Part shown: piece after piece, positions 53,651 through 63,038 of the stretch
Layout: each line of letters starts with the position of its first letter
Numbering within the stretch: position 1 is the stretch's first letter
NCBI GenBank assembly: GCA_963833985.1
Contig: CAWIAD010000002.1
Span: forward strand, 3,456,001-3,520,000
Direction of reading: 5' to 3'
DNA length: 64,000 nucleotides
Source of the DNA: an uncultured Planctomycetaceae bacterium
GTDB taxonomy: Bacteria; Planctomycetota; Planctomycetia; Isosphaerales; Isosphaeraceae
The notes under the pieces: generated by a model
Databases searched by the model: none
Seen by the model: the letters and a program-made list of their open reading frames with translations, nothing else
Told to the model about the DNA's origin: nothing
Made by a program: the position numbers and the translations under genes

Positions 53651-55747
53651 ATGTCTACCTTCGTCGGCATTGACCTGGGCACCACCAACTCCGTCGTGGC
53701 GTATCGCAACCGCTACGGCCGTCCGGAGGTGATCGCCAACCGCGAGGGGCAGAACATCACGCCGTCGGTCATCTACTTCGGCACCGATCCGCCCGCGGTG
53801 GGCCAGGAGGCCAAGGAGTGGGCGCGGCTGGGTGACGCCGAGATCGCCAGCTTCTTCAAGCCGCACATGGGCTCCCCGCTCTACCAGCTTCAGTTTCACG
53901 CCAAGACTTACTCGGCCACCGATCTTTCCACGTTCGTGCTTGCCCGCCTCAAGGCCGACGCCGAGCAGGCGCTTGGCCAGGACGTCGACCGCGCCGTGAT
54001 CACCGTGCCGGCCTACTTCGGCGACGCCCAGCGCAAGGCCACACTCGAGGCCGGCACTGCCGCCGGGTTCCAGGTGCTGCGCATCATCAACGAACCCACC
54101 GCCGCAACCCTCGCTTACGGCCTGAACCGCAACGGTCCGGGGAGTGAGACGGTGCTCATCTACGACCTGGGTGGTGGCACCTTCGATGTCACGGTCGCCC
54201 GGATCGCGGCCGAGGACATCACCGTGCTGGCCACGGCGGGCGACCACGACCTGGGCGGCAAGAACTGGGACGACCGCATCGCCACCTTCCTGGCCGAGCA
54301 GTTCGCCGCGCGCACCGGGTTCGATCCGCTCGACGATCCGGTCGCACTGAACGAGGTGCTCGTCCGCAGCGAGCAGGCCAAGTGGGCGCTTTCGGAACGG
54401 ACGACGACCCGGATCACGCTTCAGCTTGGCACCCGGCGGGAAAGCTTCGAGCTGGCGCGAACCGAGTTCGAGGCCATGACGTTCCCGCTCATGGACCGGA
54501 CGCGCCGGCTCACCGAGGAAGCGCTGGCCGAGGCCCGGCTGGACTGGCATCGCCTGGATGGCGTGCTGCTGGTGGGCGGATCGACCCGCATGCCCATGGT
54601 CCGCTCCTACGTCTCGGAGATGGCCGGCAAGCCACCCCGGACGGGAGTGAACGTGGACGAGGTGGTCGCGCTGGGCGCGGCAGTCCAGGCGGCCATCGAG
54701 GTCGGCGAGCCGATCGGCGACGCCGTGCCGAAGTTCACGCTCGCGTCGGGCGGTACCCGGGTGGCTGCCGCGCAGCCGGCCGCGCGCCGGGTCACCGACG
54801 TCATGTCGCATAGCCTGGGAACGGTGGCCATCAGCGCTGACGCCTCGAGCTACGTCAACGACATCCTGATCCGCCGCAACATCCCCATTCCGGCGCGGAA
54901 CACGAAGACCTACATTCATGCCACGCACGGCGGGGCCAATAACCGGCTCGAGGTCTTCCTGACCCAGGGCGAGAGCACCTCCCCGCTGGACTGCACCATC
55001 CTCGGCAAGTACGTCTTCACGGGCATCCACGCCACCGACGCCGAGGTGAAGGTGGACGTGGGCATTTCGTATGACGTCAATGGCGTGGTGCAGGTCCAGG
55101 CGCAGCAGCGCGACACGGGCCACAGCCTGGCCCTCGCGGTCGAGCCGGTTCCGGACGACCTGTCGTGGCTGGGCCAGCCGCCCGAGTTTGCCGTCGTGGG
55201 TGAGCCACAGCGGATCCGCGTGTTCCTGCTCATCGACGTCTCCTCGAGCATGATCGGCCAGCCGCTCATCGAGGCTCAGACGGCAGCCGCGGAGTTCCTC
55301 GAGCGCTGCGACTTCACCACCATGGAAGTGGGTTTGATCTCGTTCTCGAGCCTGGTGGCGCTCCAGTGCGCGGCGACGAGCAACGCGCGCAGGCTGCACG
55401 CCGCGGTTGGCCGGCTCGAGGCGGAAGGTTCGACGAACCTCACCGACGCCCTGGAGATGGCGCGCGGACAGCTTGTGGCCAGCGACTGGAAGCGGTACGT
55501 CGTGATCCTCACCGACGGCTATCCCGACGCCGCCGAGAGTGCCGTCGAGCAGGCCTTGGCGGCGCGCGGCCAGGGGATCGAGATCGTTGCCATCGGCACC
55601 GGTGAGGCCGACCGCGATTACCTGAGCCGCCTGGCCAGCAGCGAGCGGGCGTCGATCTTCGCCCGCAGTGGCGAGCTGGTGCAGACGTTCGGGCATATCG
55701 CCCGGATGATCGCCGAGGGAGGCCGCGGCCTGCGGGTGCTGACATGA
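53651..55747 (+). CDS. Hsp70-vWA fusion protein
   Basis: [38 protein letters not shown]-terminal vWA with MIDAS DVSSSM...T...ILTDG. Confidence 0.92.
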   Translation: MSTFVGIDLGTTNSVVAYRNRYGRPEVIANREGQNITPSVIYFGTDPPAVGQEAKEWARLGDAEIASFFKPHMGSPLYQLQFHAKTYSATDLSTFVLARLKADAEQALGQDVDRAVITVPAYFGDAQRKATLEAGTAAGFQVLRIINEPTAATLAYGLNRNGPGSETVLIYDLGGGTFDVTVARIAAEDITVLATAGDHDLGGKNWDDRIATFLAEQFAARTGFDPLDDPVALNEVLVRSEQAKWALSERTTTRITLQLGTRRESFELARTEFEAMTFPLMDRTRRLTEEALAEARLDWHRLDGVLLVGGSTRMPMVRSYVSEMAGKPPRTGVNVDEVVALGAAVQAAIEVGEPIGDAVPKFTLASGGTRVAAAQPAARRVTDVMSHSLGTVAISADASSYVNDILIRRNIPIPARNTKTYIHATHGGANNRLEVFLTQGESTSPLDCTILGKYVFTGIHATDAEVKVDVGISYDVNGVVQVQAQQRDTGHSLALAVEPVPDDLSWLGQPPEFAVVGEPQRIRVFLLIDVSSSMIGQPLIEAQTAAAEFLERCDFTTMEVGLISFSSLVALQCAATSNARRLHAAVGRLEAEGSTNLTDALEMARGQLVASDWKRYVVILTDGYPDAAESAVEQALAARGQGIEIVAIGTGEADRDYLSRLASSERASIFARSGELVQTFGHIARMIAEGGRGLRVLT

Positions 55748-56661
55748 CGCGGACCGCCCCGGCGCCCAACATCGTCCAGGCTCCGCCGCGACCGCGGCCC
55801 CGGTCCGCCGCCCGCTCGGCCAGCCTGCGGCAGGCGTACGACCTGGCGCTCGCCGGCGCGATCGGCGCCCTGTTCGGGCTGTACCTCTATGTTGAGCTGG
55901 TGCAGGCCGAATCCGTCTACGTGCGCGATGCCCTGGCCGGAGGCATCATCGGCGGGTCGATCGGCTGTTTCCTGTCGGCCTGGGGGCCGTTCCGCGATGG
56001 CGCCTGGCACAAGCTCGCGCGCGCCGTGTCCTGGGGAGTGCCGGCGGCCGCGGTGGGCGGAGCGATCGGGCTCGTGGCCGGCGAGCTCGTCATCGGCCTG
56101 CTGCGGGGGGGCCTGCTGGGCCGTGCCTGTTCCTGGGCCGTCCTGGGGCTGGGCATTGGCCTGGGCCAGGGCCTTGCCGAGCGGTCGCGGCAACGTCTTG
56201 TCTTCGGACTCATCGGCGGCGGGCTCGGCGGCTTCGTCGGCGGTTACTGCTTCGAGCTGCTGCGGGTCGCGCTGGGCAACCGCTACGACCTGGGCCAGGC
56301 CGTGGGCATTGTCATCCTGGGCGGCGGGCTGGGCCTCTTCCTGGCGCTCGTGGAGCAGGCCTTGCGGAGGGCCTGGATCCAGGTGCAGAGCGGTCGACAA
56401 GAGGGCCGTACGTACCTGCTGGCGCACCGGCACTGCCGGCTTGGCCTGGACGAGCGGGCCGAGGTGGGCCTCTTCGGCGATCCGGAAATTGCGCGCCAGC
56501 ATGCCGAGATCGAGGCCACGCCCCAGGGATTCATTTTCCGCCACCTGGCGGCGCAGCGGTCCTCGCGGCTGAACGGGAAGCCGGTCACCGGTCCGGAGCC
56601 CTTGCACGACGGCGACCGGCTGGAGCTCGGCAAGACTACCCTGCTGTTCCGACAGCGCTAG
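55744..56661 (+). CDS. multi-TM protein with C-terminal FHA-like domain
   Basis: Gly-rich TM helices, then LFGDPEIARQHAEI...LNG...LHDGDRLELG; ATGA overlap. Confidence 0.85.
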   Translation: MTRTAPAPNIVQAPPRPRPRSAARSASLRQAYDLALAGAIGALFGLYLYVELVQAESVYVRDALAGGIIGGSIGCFLSAWGPFRDGAWHKLARAVSWGVPAAAVGGAIGLVAGELVIGLLRGGLLGRACSWAVLGLGIGLGQGLAERSRQRLVFGLIGGGLGGFVGGYCFELLRVALGNRYDLGQAVGIVILGGGLGLFLALVEQALRRAWIQVQSGRQEGRTYLLAHRHCRLGLDERAEVGLFGDPEIARQHAEIEATPQGFIFRHLAAQRSSRLNGKPVTGPEPLHDGDRLELGKTTLLFRQR

Positions 56662-56670
56662 CGAGCGGAC

Positions 56671-58182
56671 ATGGCAAGCAGGCAAGACCCCACTCACTGG
56701 ATTCTCGAACTGGCCCGCGGCCGGGAGATCGGGCACCGGTACACCCTCGCCAGCGGCGACACCGTGCTGGGCAACGACCTGGCCGGCGCGGCCGGGTTTG
56801 ATATGTCCGGGCAGGAGCCGAGCTCTCCCCGGCGCATGGCCGGCCGGCATGCCTGCCTTACCCTGGCCGGTGGATCACTCGGCATCCGGGACATGGAGAG
56901 CCCCGGCGGCACCTTCGTGAACCGCCAGCGCCTGCTTTCCGGCCAGACGCGCGCGCTCCAGCCCGGCGACGTGATCCAGATGGGCGGCATTCAGCTCGTC
57001 GTGAAGCGGGAAGCCGCGTCCCCGGCACCTGCGCCATCACCCCCGCCCGTGCCGACGCCACTCCAAGCAGAACCGCGACCGCAACGGCAACCAGAACCGC
57101 CCACGCAGGCCAAGGCCGGCCCGCTTGCCGTGCCGTTCACGATACAGGGCGGTCCCACGTGCCGGAGCTGGGATGATTTCTTGACGATCTCGGCCCAGCG
57201 CTGGAGCGTCATGCGGGACGAGCTGACCTCGGGCCGCATCGGTGCGCACCTGAGGCGGGCGGGCCGTACCGACCTGGTCCCGCGTCTGGACCCGGCACTG
57301 TCGGCCGACGAGCAGCTCGACGCCTGGCTGGCGCAATTGCCGGCGAGCCGGTCCAGTGCGCCGGAGCTCGAGGTGCATCCGCCGTTGTTGATCGTGAAAG
57401 GCCCGGGCGGCGGGGTGATCCGCAAATCGCTGCGCGTCACCAACGTCGGCTACCGGCTCTTGCGGAGCACGGCGCGCATCGAACCGCCAGCAAGCACGAA
57501 CCTGCGGATTGGTGCCGAGCTCGCCTCCAGGAGCTTCGCCACCATCGACTCCACCGACCTTCCTGTTGAGATCACGCTCCCGGAACGCGGTGAGACCGCG
57601 GCGCTGGGCTTGGTCGTCATCGACAGCAATGGCGGCACTCAAAAGGTGGAGGTGCGCTTCGAGCGTTCCGTCGCCGGTTTCCTGCCGGCCGACGCGTTCC
57701 CTGCGACCGCAGCGCCCGACCTGCTCGCGGGAACCCGGCCCCTGGGCGAGCGGGTGTCTGCGCAGCCCTTTGTCCGCCGGCTGATCGTGCTGCCGATCGT
57801 CCTGGTGGTCTTCCGGTTGCTGGTCCTGGCGGCGGGACAGATCCCGATCGGGACCCCGAACGCCGGCGGGTTCGAGCCGCGCCTGGGCTCGCTGGCGCTG
57901 GTGCTGGGTGCCGTGGGGGCGGTCCTGGCCAGCACGCGGCAGCGCGCCGGCGGCGATCGTTTGGCGTGCGGGTTCAGCGGTGCGATCGCCGGAGTGCTGG
58001 CCGCGGCCATCGGTTTCGCCGTGGTCCGCGGCGTCGAGGCGACGCTTGGCAGTTGGGCCGGCTCGCCGGTCGCCGCACTCGCGCTCTGGGCGGTGATGGG
58101 GCTGCTCATCGCGCTGGTCTCGTGGCTGGCTTTTCCACCGGCCCCAGCGCTTTCCGCGCTTCCACCGGAGCCGCAACCATGA
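56671..58182 (+). CDS. FHA - Pro linker - Ig-like - TM protein
   Basis: MAGRHACL...DMESPGGTFVN...LQPGDVIQMG; LRVTNVGYRLL beta domain; C-terminal TMs. Confidence 0.85.
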   Translation: MASRQDPTHWILELARGREIGHRYTLASGDTVLGNDLAGAAGFDMSGQEPSSPRRMAGRHACLTLAGGSLGIRDMESPGGTFVNRQRLLSGQTRALQPGDVIQMGGIQLVVKREAASPAPAPSPPPVPTPLQAEPRPQRQPEPPTQAKAGPLAVPFTIQGGPTCRSWDDFLTISAQRWSVMRDELTSGRIGAHLRRAGRTDLVPRLDPALSADEQLDAWLAQLPASRSSAPELEVHPPLLIVKGPGGGVIRKSLRVTNVGYRLLRSTARIEPPASTNLRIGAELASRSFATIDSTDLPVEITLPERGETAALGLVVIDSNGGTQKVEVRFERSVAGFLPADAFPATAAPDLLAGTRPLGERVSAQPFVRRLIVLPIVLVVFRLLVLAAGQIPIGTPNAGGFEPRLGSLALVLGAVGAVLASTRQRAGGDRLACGFSGAIAGVLAAAIGFAVVRGVEATLGSWAGSPVAALALWAVMGLLIALVSWLAFPPAPALSALPPEPQP

Positions 58183-59243
58183 CAATCAGAGCCATCACGG
58201 CAAGTCTGCTGGCCGCACTGGCCCTCGTGGCCTGCACGGGGTCAGCCGGCGCGGCGTGGGACGAGGAGCCACCCGATCGCGGTGTGGCGAACCAGCCCGG
58301 CGAGAGCACGGTCGTGGTGACGGGCGCCAGCCAGCAGCAGTTTCCCCGCATCGCCGTTCAGTTCGAGGTCCGCCAGCCCGATGGCTCGTTCCTGCTCGAC
58401 GCGACGCGCAACGAGTTCCGGGTCACGGAGGATGGCAAGGACGTCGAGGTGCTCGACTTTCAGGCACCCCGGACCAGGGAATCCATTCCCACCACGATCG
58501 TACTGGTCGTCGATCACAGCGGCAGCATGGAGCAAGAGCACCGGATCAGCTCGCTCAAGGAGGCCGTCATTTCGTTCCTGCAAAAGGTGCCCGAGGGCTC
58601 GCGGGTGGCCGTCGTCGGCTTCAGCTCGGAAGTCCGCGAGCTCTGCCCGTTCACGACGGACCGCGCGCAGGTCGGCCGATCCGTCAATCGGCTCAGGCCG
58701 GGAGGTGCCACCCGGTTTTACGACGCCGTCTCGCACGCGCTGGGGATGCTCGACGAGCAGACCGGACGACGGGCGGTGCTTGCCCTCACCGACGGGGAAG
58801 ACACATCCAGTGAGGACGATACGATCGAGACGGCCATCGCCAAGGCGCAACGGCTGGGATTGCCGGTCTACACCCTGGGCCTTGGCACCGAGGAAGAGAT
58901 CGCCAGCGCCGACCTGCGCCGCCTGGCCACTTCCACACGCGGCCAGTATTACCCGGCGCACAACGCCGACCAGCTCAAGACCATCTACGAGACCATCGCC
59001 GCCCGCATCGGCGCCGGTTACACGCTGGTTTACCAGAGCGACCGGCGTCTTCCTGACGGCACGCTGCGGCCCGTGAAGATCTTTCATCGCGGCAGCCAGA
59101 AAGCGGGCGAAACGGAAGTCTTCATACCCGGCATGGTGGTCCCCGCGGGTGGCTGGTCGGGTCTCTTCCTGGCGCTGCTGGCACTCCTGTCAACGCTCGC
59201 GCTGCTTCCATCGTGGACGAAACGACGCGGTGGAACTCGTTGA
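58179..59243 (+). CDS. exported vWA domain protein with C-terminal TM anchor
   Basis: signal peptide, FRVTEDG, MIDAS DHSGSM...T.FYDAV...LTDGED. Confidence 0.9.
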   Translation: MTIRAITASLLAALALVACTGSAGAAWDEEPPDRGVANQPGESTVVVTGASQQQFPRIAVQFEVRQPDGSFLLDATRNEFRVTEDGKDVEVLDFQAPRTRESIPTTIVLVVDHSGSMEQEHRISSLKEAVISFLQKVPEGSRVAVVGFSSEVRELCPFTTDRAQVGRSVNRLRPGGATRFYDAVSHALGMLDEQTGRRAVLALTDGEDTSSEDDTIETAIAKAQRLGLPVYTLGLGTEEEIASADLRRLATSTRGQYYPAHNADQLKTIYETIAARIGAGYTLVYQSDRRLPDGTLRPVKIFHRGSQKAGETEVFIPGMVVPAGGWSGLFLALLALLSTLALLPSWTKRRGGTR

Positions 59244-59290
59244 GATCGAGCTTCGGCCGACCCGCGAGGGCATTCTGACGGGGGCACGGC

Positions 59291-61150
59291 ATGGGACCGC
59301 GACGTCATCTGGCTCGCTGGCTCCGCCTCGCCATGATCTCGGCGACTGGTGCGCTTTTGATCCTGAGCCTGATGCTGCTTCCGGACCTGGCGGGATTTCT
59401 TCCCCGTGTGATTCGCAACCACGCGCTGGAATGGTCGGCCCTGGCACTCGTGCTGGCATTGTGGCGGCTGCACGTTGTCACCTTGGCTCAACCGCCGGAT
59501 GATCCCGCGGCTGCGCGGCTGCGCCGGTTGTTCGCGGGTCTCGATTCGCTTTCCGCCTTCGTCCTCGATAGCGGGTTCGTCGTCCTGCTGGGCATCATGG
59601 CCGCGGCGATGCTGGCGAGCTGGATCCCCCACTACTTGACGTGGCCCTGGAGCCGCGACGCAGACAGTTACGCCACGCTCGCCCTGTCCTGGGATGCGGG
59701 CGTCCGGCCGTACCGCGATATCCTCTTCTATAACTTCCCCGGGCACGTTTACTTGCACTGGCTCATCGGCCGGACCTTTGGCTGGGGGCGGACTGTCCCG
59801 TTCTACGCGGTGGACGCGACGGCCCTGCTAGCGCTCGGTGCGGTTCTCCTGGCCTGGAGCCGGCGCGCGCTGGGACGCTGGCTGCCGGGTCTGCTGGGGT
59901 ACGTCGTGTTCCTTGGCTTCTACCTGGGCCGAGATTTCGAGCAGGTCGCCCAGCGCGACTGGCATACGTCGCTGGCCGCGGCCCTGGCGCTCTTGACGCT
60001 GGAGGCCTGGCCGCGACGCGCCGGGCTCTGGGCGGCGGCCCTGCTCACGGCCCTGGCGCTGACCATCCGGCCTCACGCGGTGCTGTTCTTGCCGGCGCTC
60101 GTCGCGGCCGTGGTCCAGCGTCCTCGACCCTGGCAATCCCTTGCGGAATGGATCTCAGTGCTCGTGCTCCTTGTCGCGCTCGGGTTCGTGCCGGTGGCGG
60201 CGCAGGGGTTGCTGCACGACCTGGTACGCAACCTGAGAGTCGCCAGCTACGGCGGTCCTTACAACAAGGCGACTCTCCCCGGCGCGCTCGAGATCCTCGC
60301 CGCCGAGCTGAGCGAGCCCTGGACGCTGCTTCTGGCTGGCTCGCTGATCGTGCTCTCCTTTGCGGGCCGGGAACGCATCCGTCCCATGGCGCGGACCTGG
60401 CTGCTTGCCCTGGGAGCAGCCATCCTGTACCGGACGGTTCATCCCCGCCAGCACGCCTACCTGGCGCATCCGCTGGTTCTCTTCAGCTCCATCGCCCTGG
60501 CGTTGCTGGTGGACAGCCTGATCGCGGCGTCCTGGCCTGGCCGGTCCGTGCGCGCGCTCGTGCTGCTGGTGCTCTTCCTCGAAGCCTTTCCGGGCGTGCC
60601 GCAGTTCTGCGATTCGCGCGCCAGTATCGAGGCCATCGGGCCGCTGGTTCGGGGCGAGGAGCCCGCCGACCCTCCCCCCAGTGTTCGCTATCTCTGGTTC
60701 CAGCCCGTGGCGTGCCCCTACGAGTGGACCGACTACCGCGACACGCTGAACTACCTGCGCCGAACCACGAGTCCGGCCACCGAGATCGCCAACGTGCTCA
60801 AGCAGCCTCCGTTTCCTGCCATCAATGGGCCGGTGGGCCGGCTTTCGCCGTTCCATGCCGACTCGGGCATCTGCTGGATGTGGCTGGTGGACCTGGATCT
60901 GGAGATCCCCTTCGCCGAAGCTCTGGAACGCACGCCGGATTCGGTGGTCGTCTGGTCGCCCGCCGAGGTGAACCTGCCGACCCGCCTGCGGCTCGAGCGG
61001 ATCACGGAGGTGATCCTCCACTTCTATCGTCCCGCAGCGCGGTTCGGCGCGATCGAGGTCTGGACGCGTCAGCCGGATGTGGACAGCGGACGGACGCCGG
61101 TTGCGGGGAATCCGGGCTCCTCGGGGACGCTTCCACCGGTCCAGCAGTAG
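59291..61150 (+). CDS. polytopic membrane protein, GT-C glycosyltransferase-like (paralog 1)
   Basis: many TMs; WPWSRDADSYATLALSWDAGVRPYRDILFYNFPG loop motif. Confidence 0.75.
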   Translation: MGPRRHLARWLRLAMISATGALLILSLMLLPDLAGFLPRVIRNHALEWSALALVLALWRLHVVTLAQPPDDPAAARLRRLFAGLDSLSAFVLDSGFVVLLGIMAAAMLASWIPHYLTWPWSRDADSYATLALSWDAGVRPYRDILFYNFPGHVYLHWLIGRTFGWGRTVPFYAVDATALLALGAVLLAWSRRALGRWLPGLLGYVVFLGFYLGRDFEQVAQRDWHTSLAAALALLTLEAWPRRAGLWAAALLTALALTIRPHAVLFLPALVAAVVQRPRPWQSLAEWISVLVLLVALGFVPVAAQGLLHDLVRNLRVASYGGPYNKATLPGALEILAAELSEPWTLLLAGSLIVLSFAGRERIRPMARTWLLALGAAILYRTVHPRQHAYLAHPLVLFSSIALALLVDSLIAASWPGRSVRALVLLVLFLEAFPGVPQFCDSRASIEAIGPLVRGEEPADPPPSVRYLWFQPVACPYEWTDYRDTLNYLRRTTSPATEIANVLKQPPFPAINGPVGRLSPFHADSGICWMWLVDLDLEIPFAEALERTPDSVVVWSPAEVNLPTRLRLERITEVILHFYRPAARFGAIEVWTRQPDVDSGRTPVAGNPGSSGTLPPVQQ

Positions 61151-61162
61151 TGAGCCGAAGGC

Positions 61163-63038
61163 ATGATGACCCGGACGAAATGGAGGCACTGGCTACGCAT
61201 GCTGCTGGCGGCGGTTGCGATCGCGCTGGCGGGCGCCGGACTGATGATCGTTCCGGACACGATCCGGTTGTGGCCACGCTTCCTCCGCGACCATCCCCTG
61301 GAATGGCTATGCCTGGGGCTCGTGATCGCGTTCCAGCAGGCCAGATCGCACGCGCGGTCCCGGCCGCTCGATGACCCGGGAGCCGTCCGGCTGCGCGGGT
61401 CTCTGGCCCGGCTCGAAGAATCTCAGCGGCCGCGCCTTGAACGGGGGATTCACGGTGGCCCTGGCCATCCTTATTATCATCCTCCTGGCAAGCTGGATCC
61501 CCCATTACCTGACCTGGCCCTGGTGCCGCGATGAGGACACCTTCGCCACGCTCGCCCAGTCGTGGGACGCCGGCATCCGACCGTATCGCGACATTCGCGC
61601 GTATAACTTTCCGGGCCATATCTATCTGCACTGGCTGCTCGGCAAGGTTCTGGGGTGGGGACACACGGCGCCCTTTTACGCCGTTGATGCGTCCGCGGTG
61701 CTGGGGCTGGGCGTGGCGCTGGTGTTCTGGAGCCGGCGACGACTGGGAGGATGGCTGCCCGGCCTGCTGTCCTTCGTGGCGTTCCTTCAGTTCTATCTCA
61801 GCCGCGAGTACGAGCAGGTCGCCGAGCGTGACTGGCACGCGACGCTCGCAGCCGTCCTGGCGATCATGACGCTCGAGGCATGGCCGCAGCGACCGGCCGT
61901 CTGGCTGGCCGCGGCGCTGGAGGCGGCAGCCGTGACAATCCGTCCCCATGCCATCTTCTTCCTGCCCGCGATCGCCTCGGCCCTCATGGAGCGGCGCCGG
62001 CCGCGCCGAGGGCTCGCCGAGTGGGGCCTGGCGTTCACCGCGTTCGTCGCCCTGGCCTTCGCGCCGCTGGTGATCGACGGATTGCTCGACGACCTGATCC
62101 GCGGACTCCGCGTTGCCGCGTACGGAGGTCCCTACAGCAAGGCCTCTCTGACCGTGGCCAGAGAGGCGCTTGAGCTCGAGCTGCGTGATCCCTGGACAAT
62201 CTTCCTGGCGGCGTCGCTGATCGTGGTCTGGGCGTTCCACCGCCTTGTCGGCCGTCCCATGGCGCGGACCTGGCTGCTCGCCCTGGCAGCCGCGATCCTT
62301 TACCGGACGGTTCATCCGGTTCAGCATGCGTACCTGATGCATCCGCTGGCCCTGGTGAGCGCGATGGTCCTGGCCCTGCCGGTCGCCTCATTGCTTTCCC
62401 TGTCCTGGATTGCGCAGCCGGTGCGCGCGCTGCTGATCCTGCTTCTTTTCCTAAAAGCCTTTCCCGGTCGGCCCTTGAACTGCGATCCGGGCGACAGCCT
62501 GCGCGCGATCGTCTCGATAGCGTGCGGCCAGGACCCGGAGGCTCCGCCCTCAGGCTGCCGCTACTTCTGGTTCCGGCCGAAGGCGTGCAATTACGAGTGG
62601 CGTGACTACTGCCGGACGCTGGCCTACCTGCGGCACACCACCAGTCCGGCGACCGAGATCGCCAACGTGCTGCGGCTCCAGCCGTTTCCATCGCTCAATG
62701 GGCCGGTGGGCCGGCTTTCGCCATTCCGGGCGGAATCCGGGATCTGCTGGATGTGGCTGATCGACATCGACCTGGATGGTCCATTCGCCGAGGCCCTGGA
62801 AAACACTCCGGATTCGGTGGTGGTCTGGTCGCCCGATGAGGGTGATCGCCAGCCGCGCCTGCGGCTCGAGCGGGTCTCGGCGGTGATCCGGCGTTGCTAT
62901 CGTTTCGACGCCCGGTTCGGTGCCATCGAGGTGTGGAGGCGATCCGCTGCGGACGAAGCCGCGCGAACTCCAATGCCCGGCAGCCCCGCGGCATCGGGGT
63001 CGAGCCCGCCCGCGATCGCAGTGCCACCCCGACGATAG
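61163..63038 (+). CDS. polytopic membrane protein, GT-C glycosyltransferase-like (paralog 2), frameshift at ~61397
   Basis: colinear with paralog 1 (WPWCRDEDTFATLAQSWDAGIRPYRDI); removing one G after GCGC restores RLRGLWPGSKNLS in register with paralog RLRRLFAGLDSLS. Confidence 0.75.

Noticed and set aside
51462..53783. CRISPR-like or DGR-like reading of the repeated hsp70 start
   Set aside because: The repeats are 133-165 bp with gene-sized intervals; no cas or reverse transcriptase genes are present, and mismatches are not adenine-specific.
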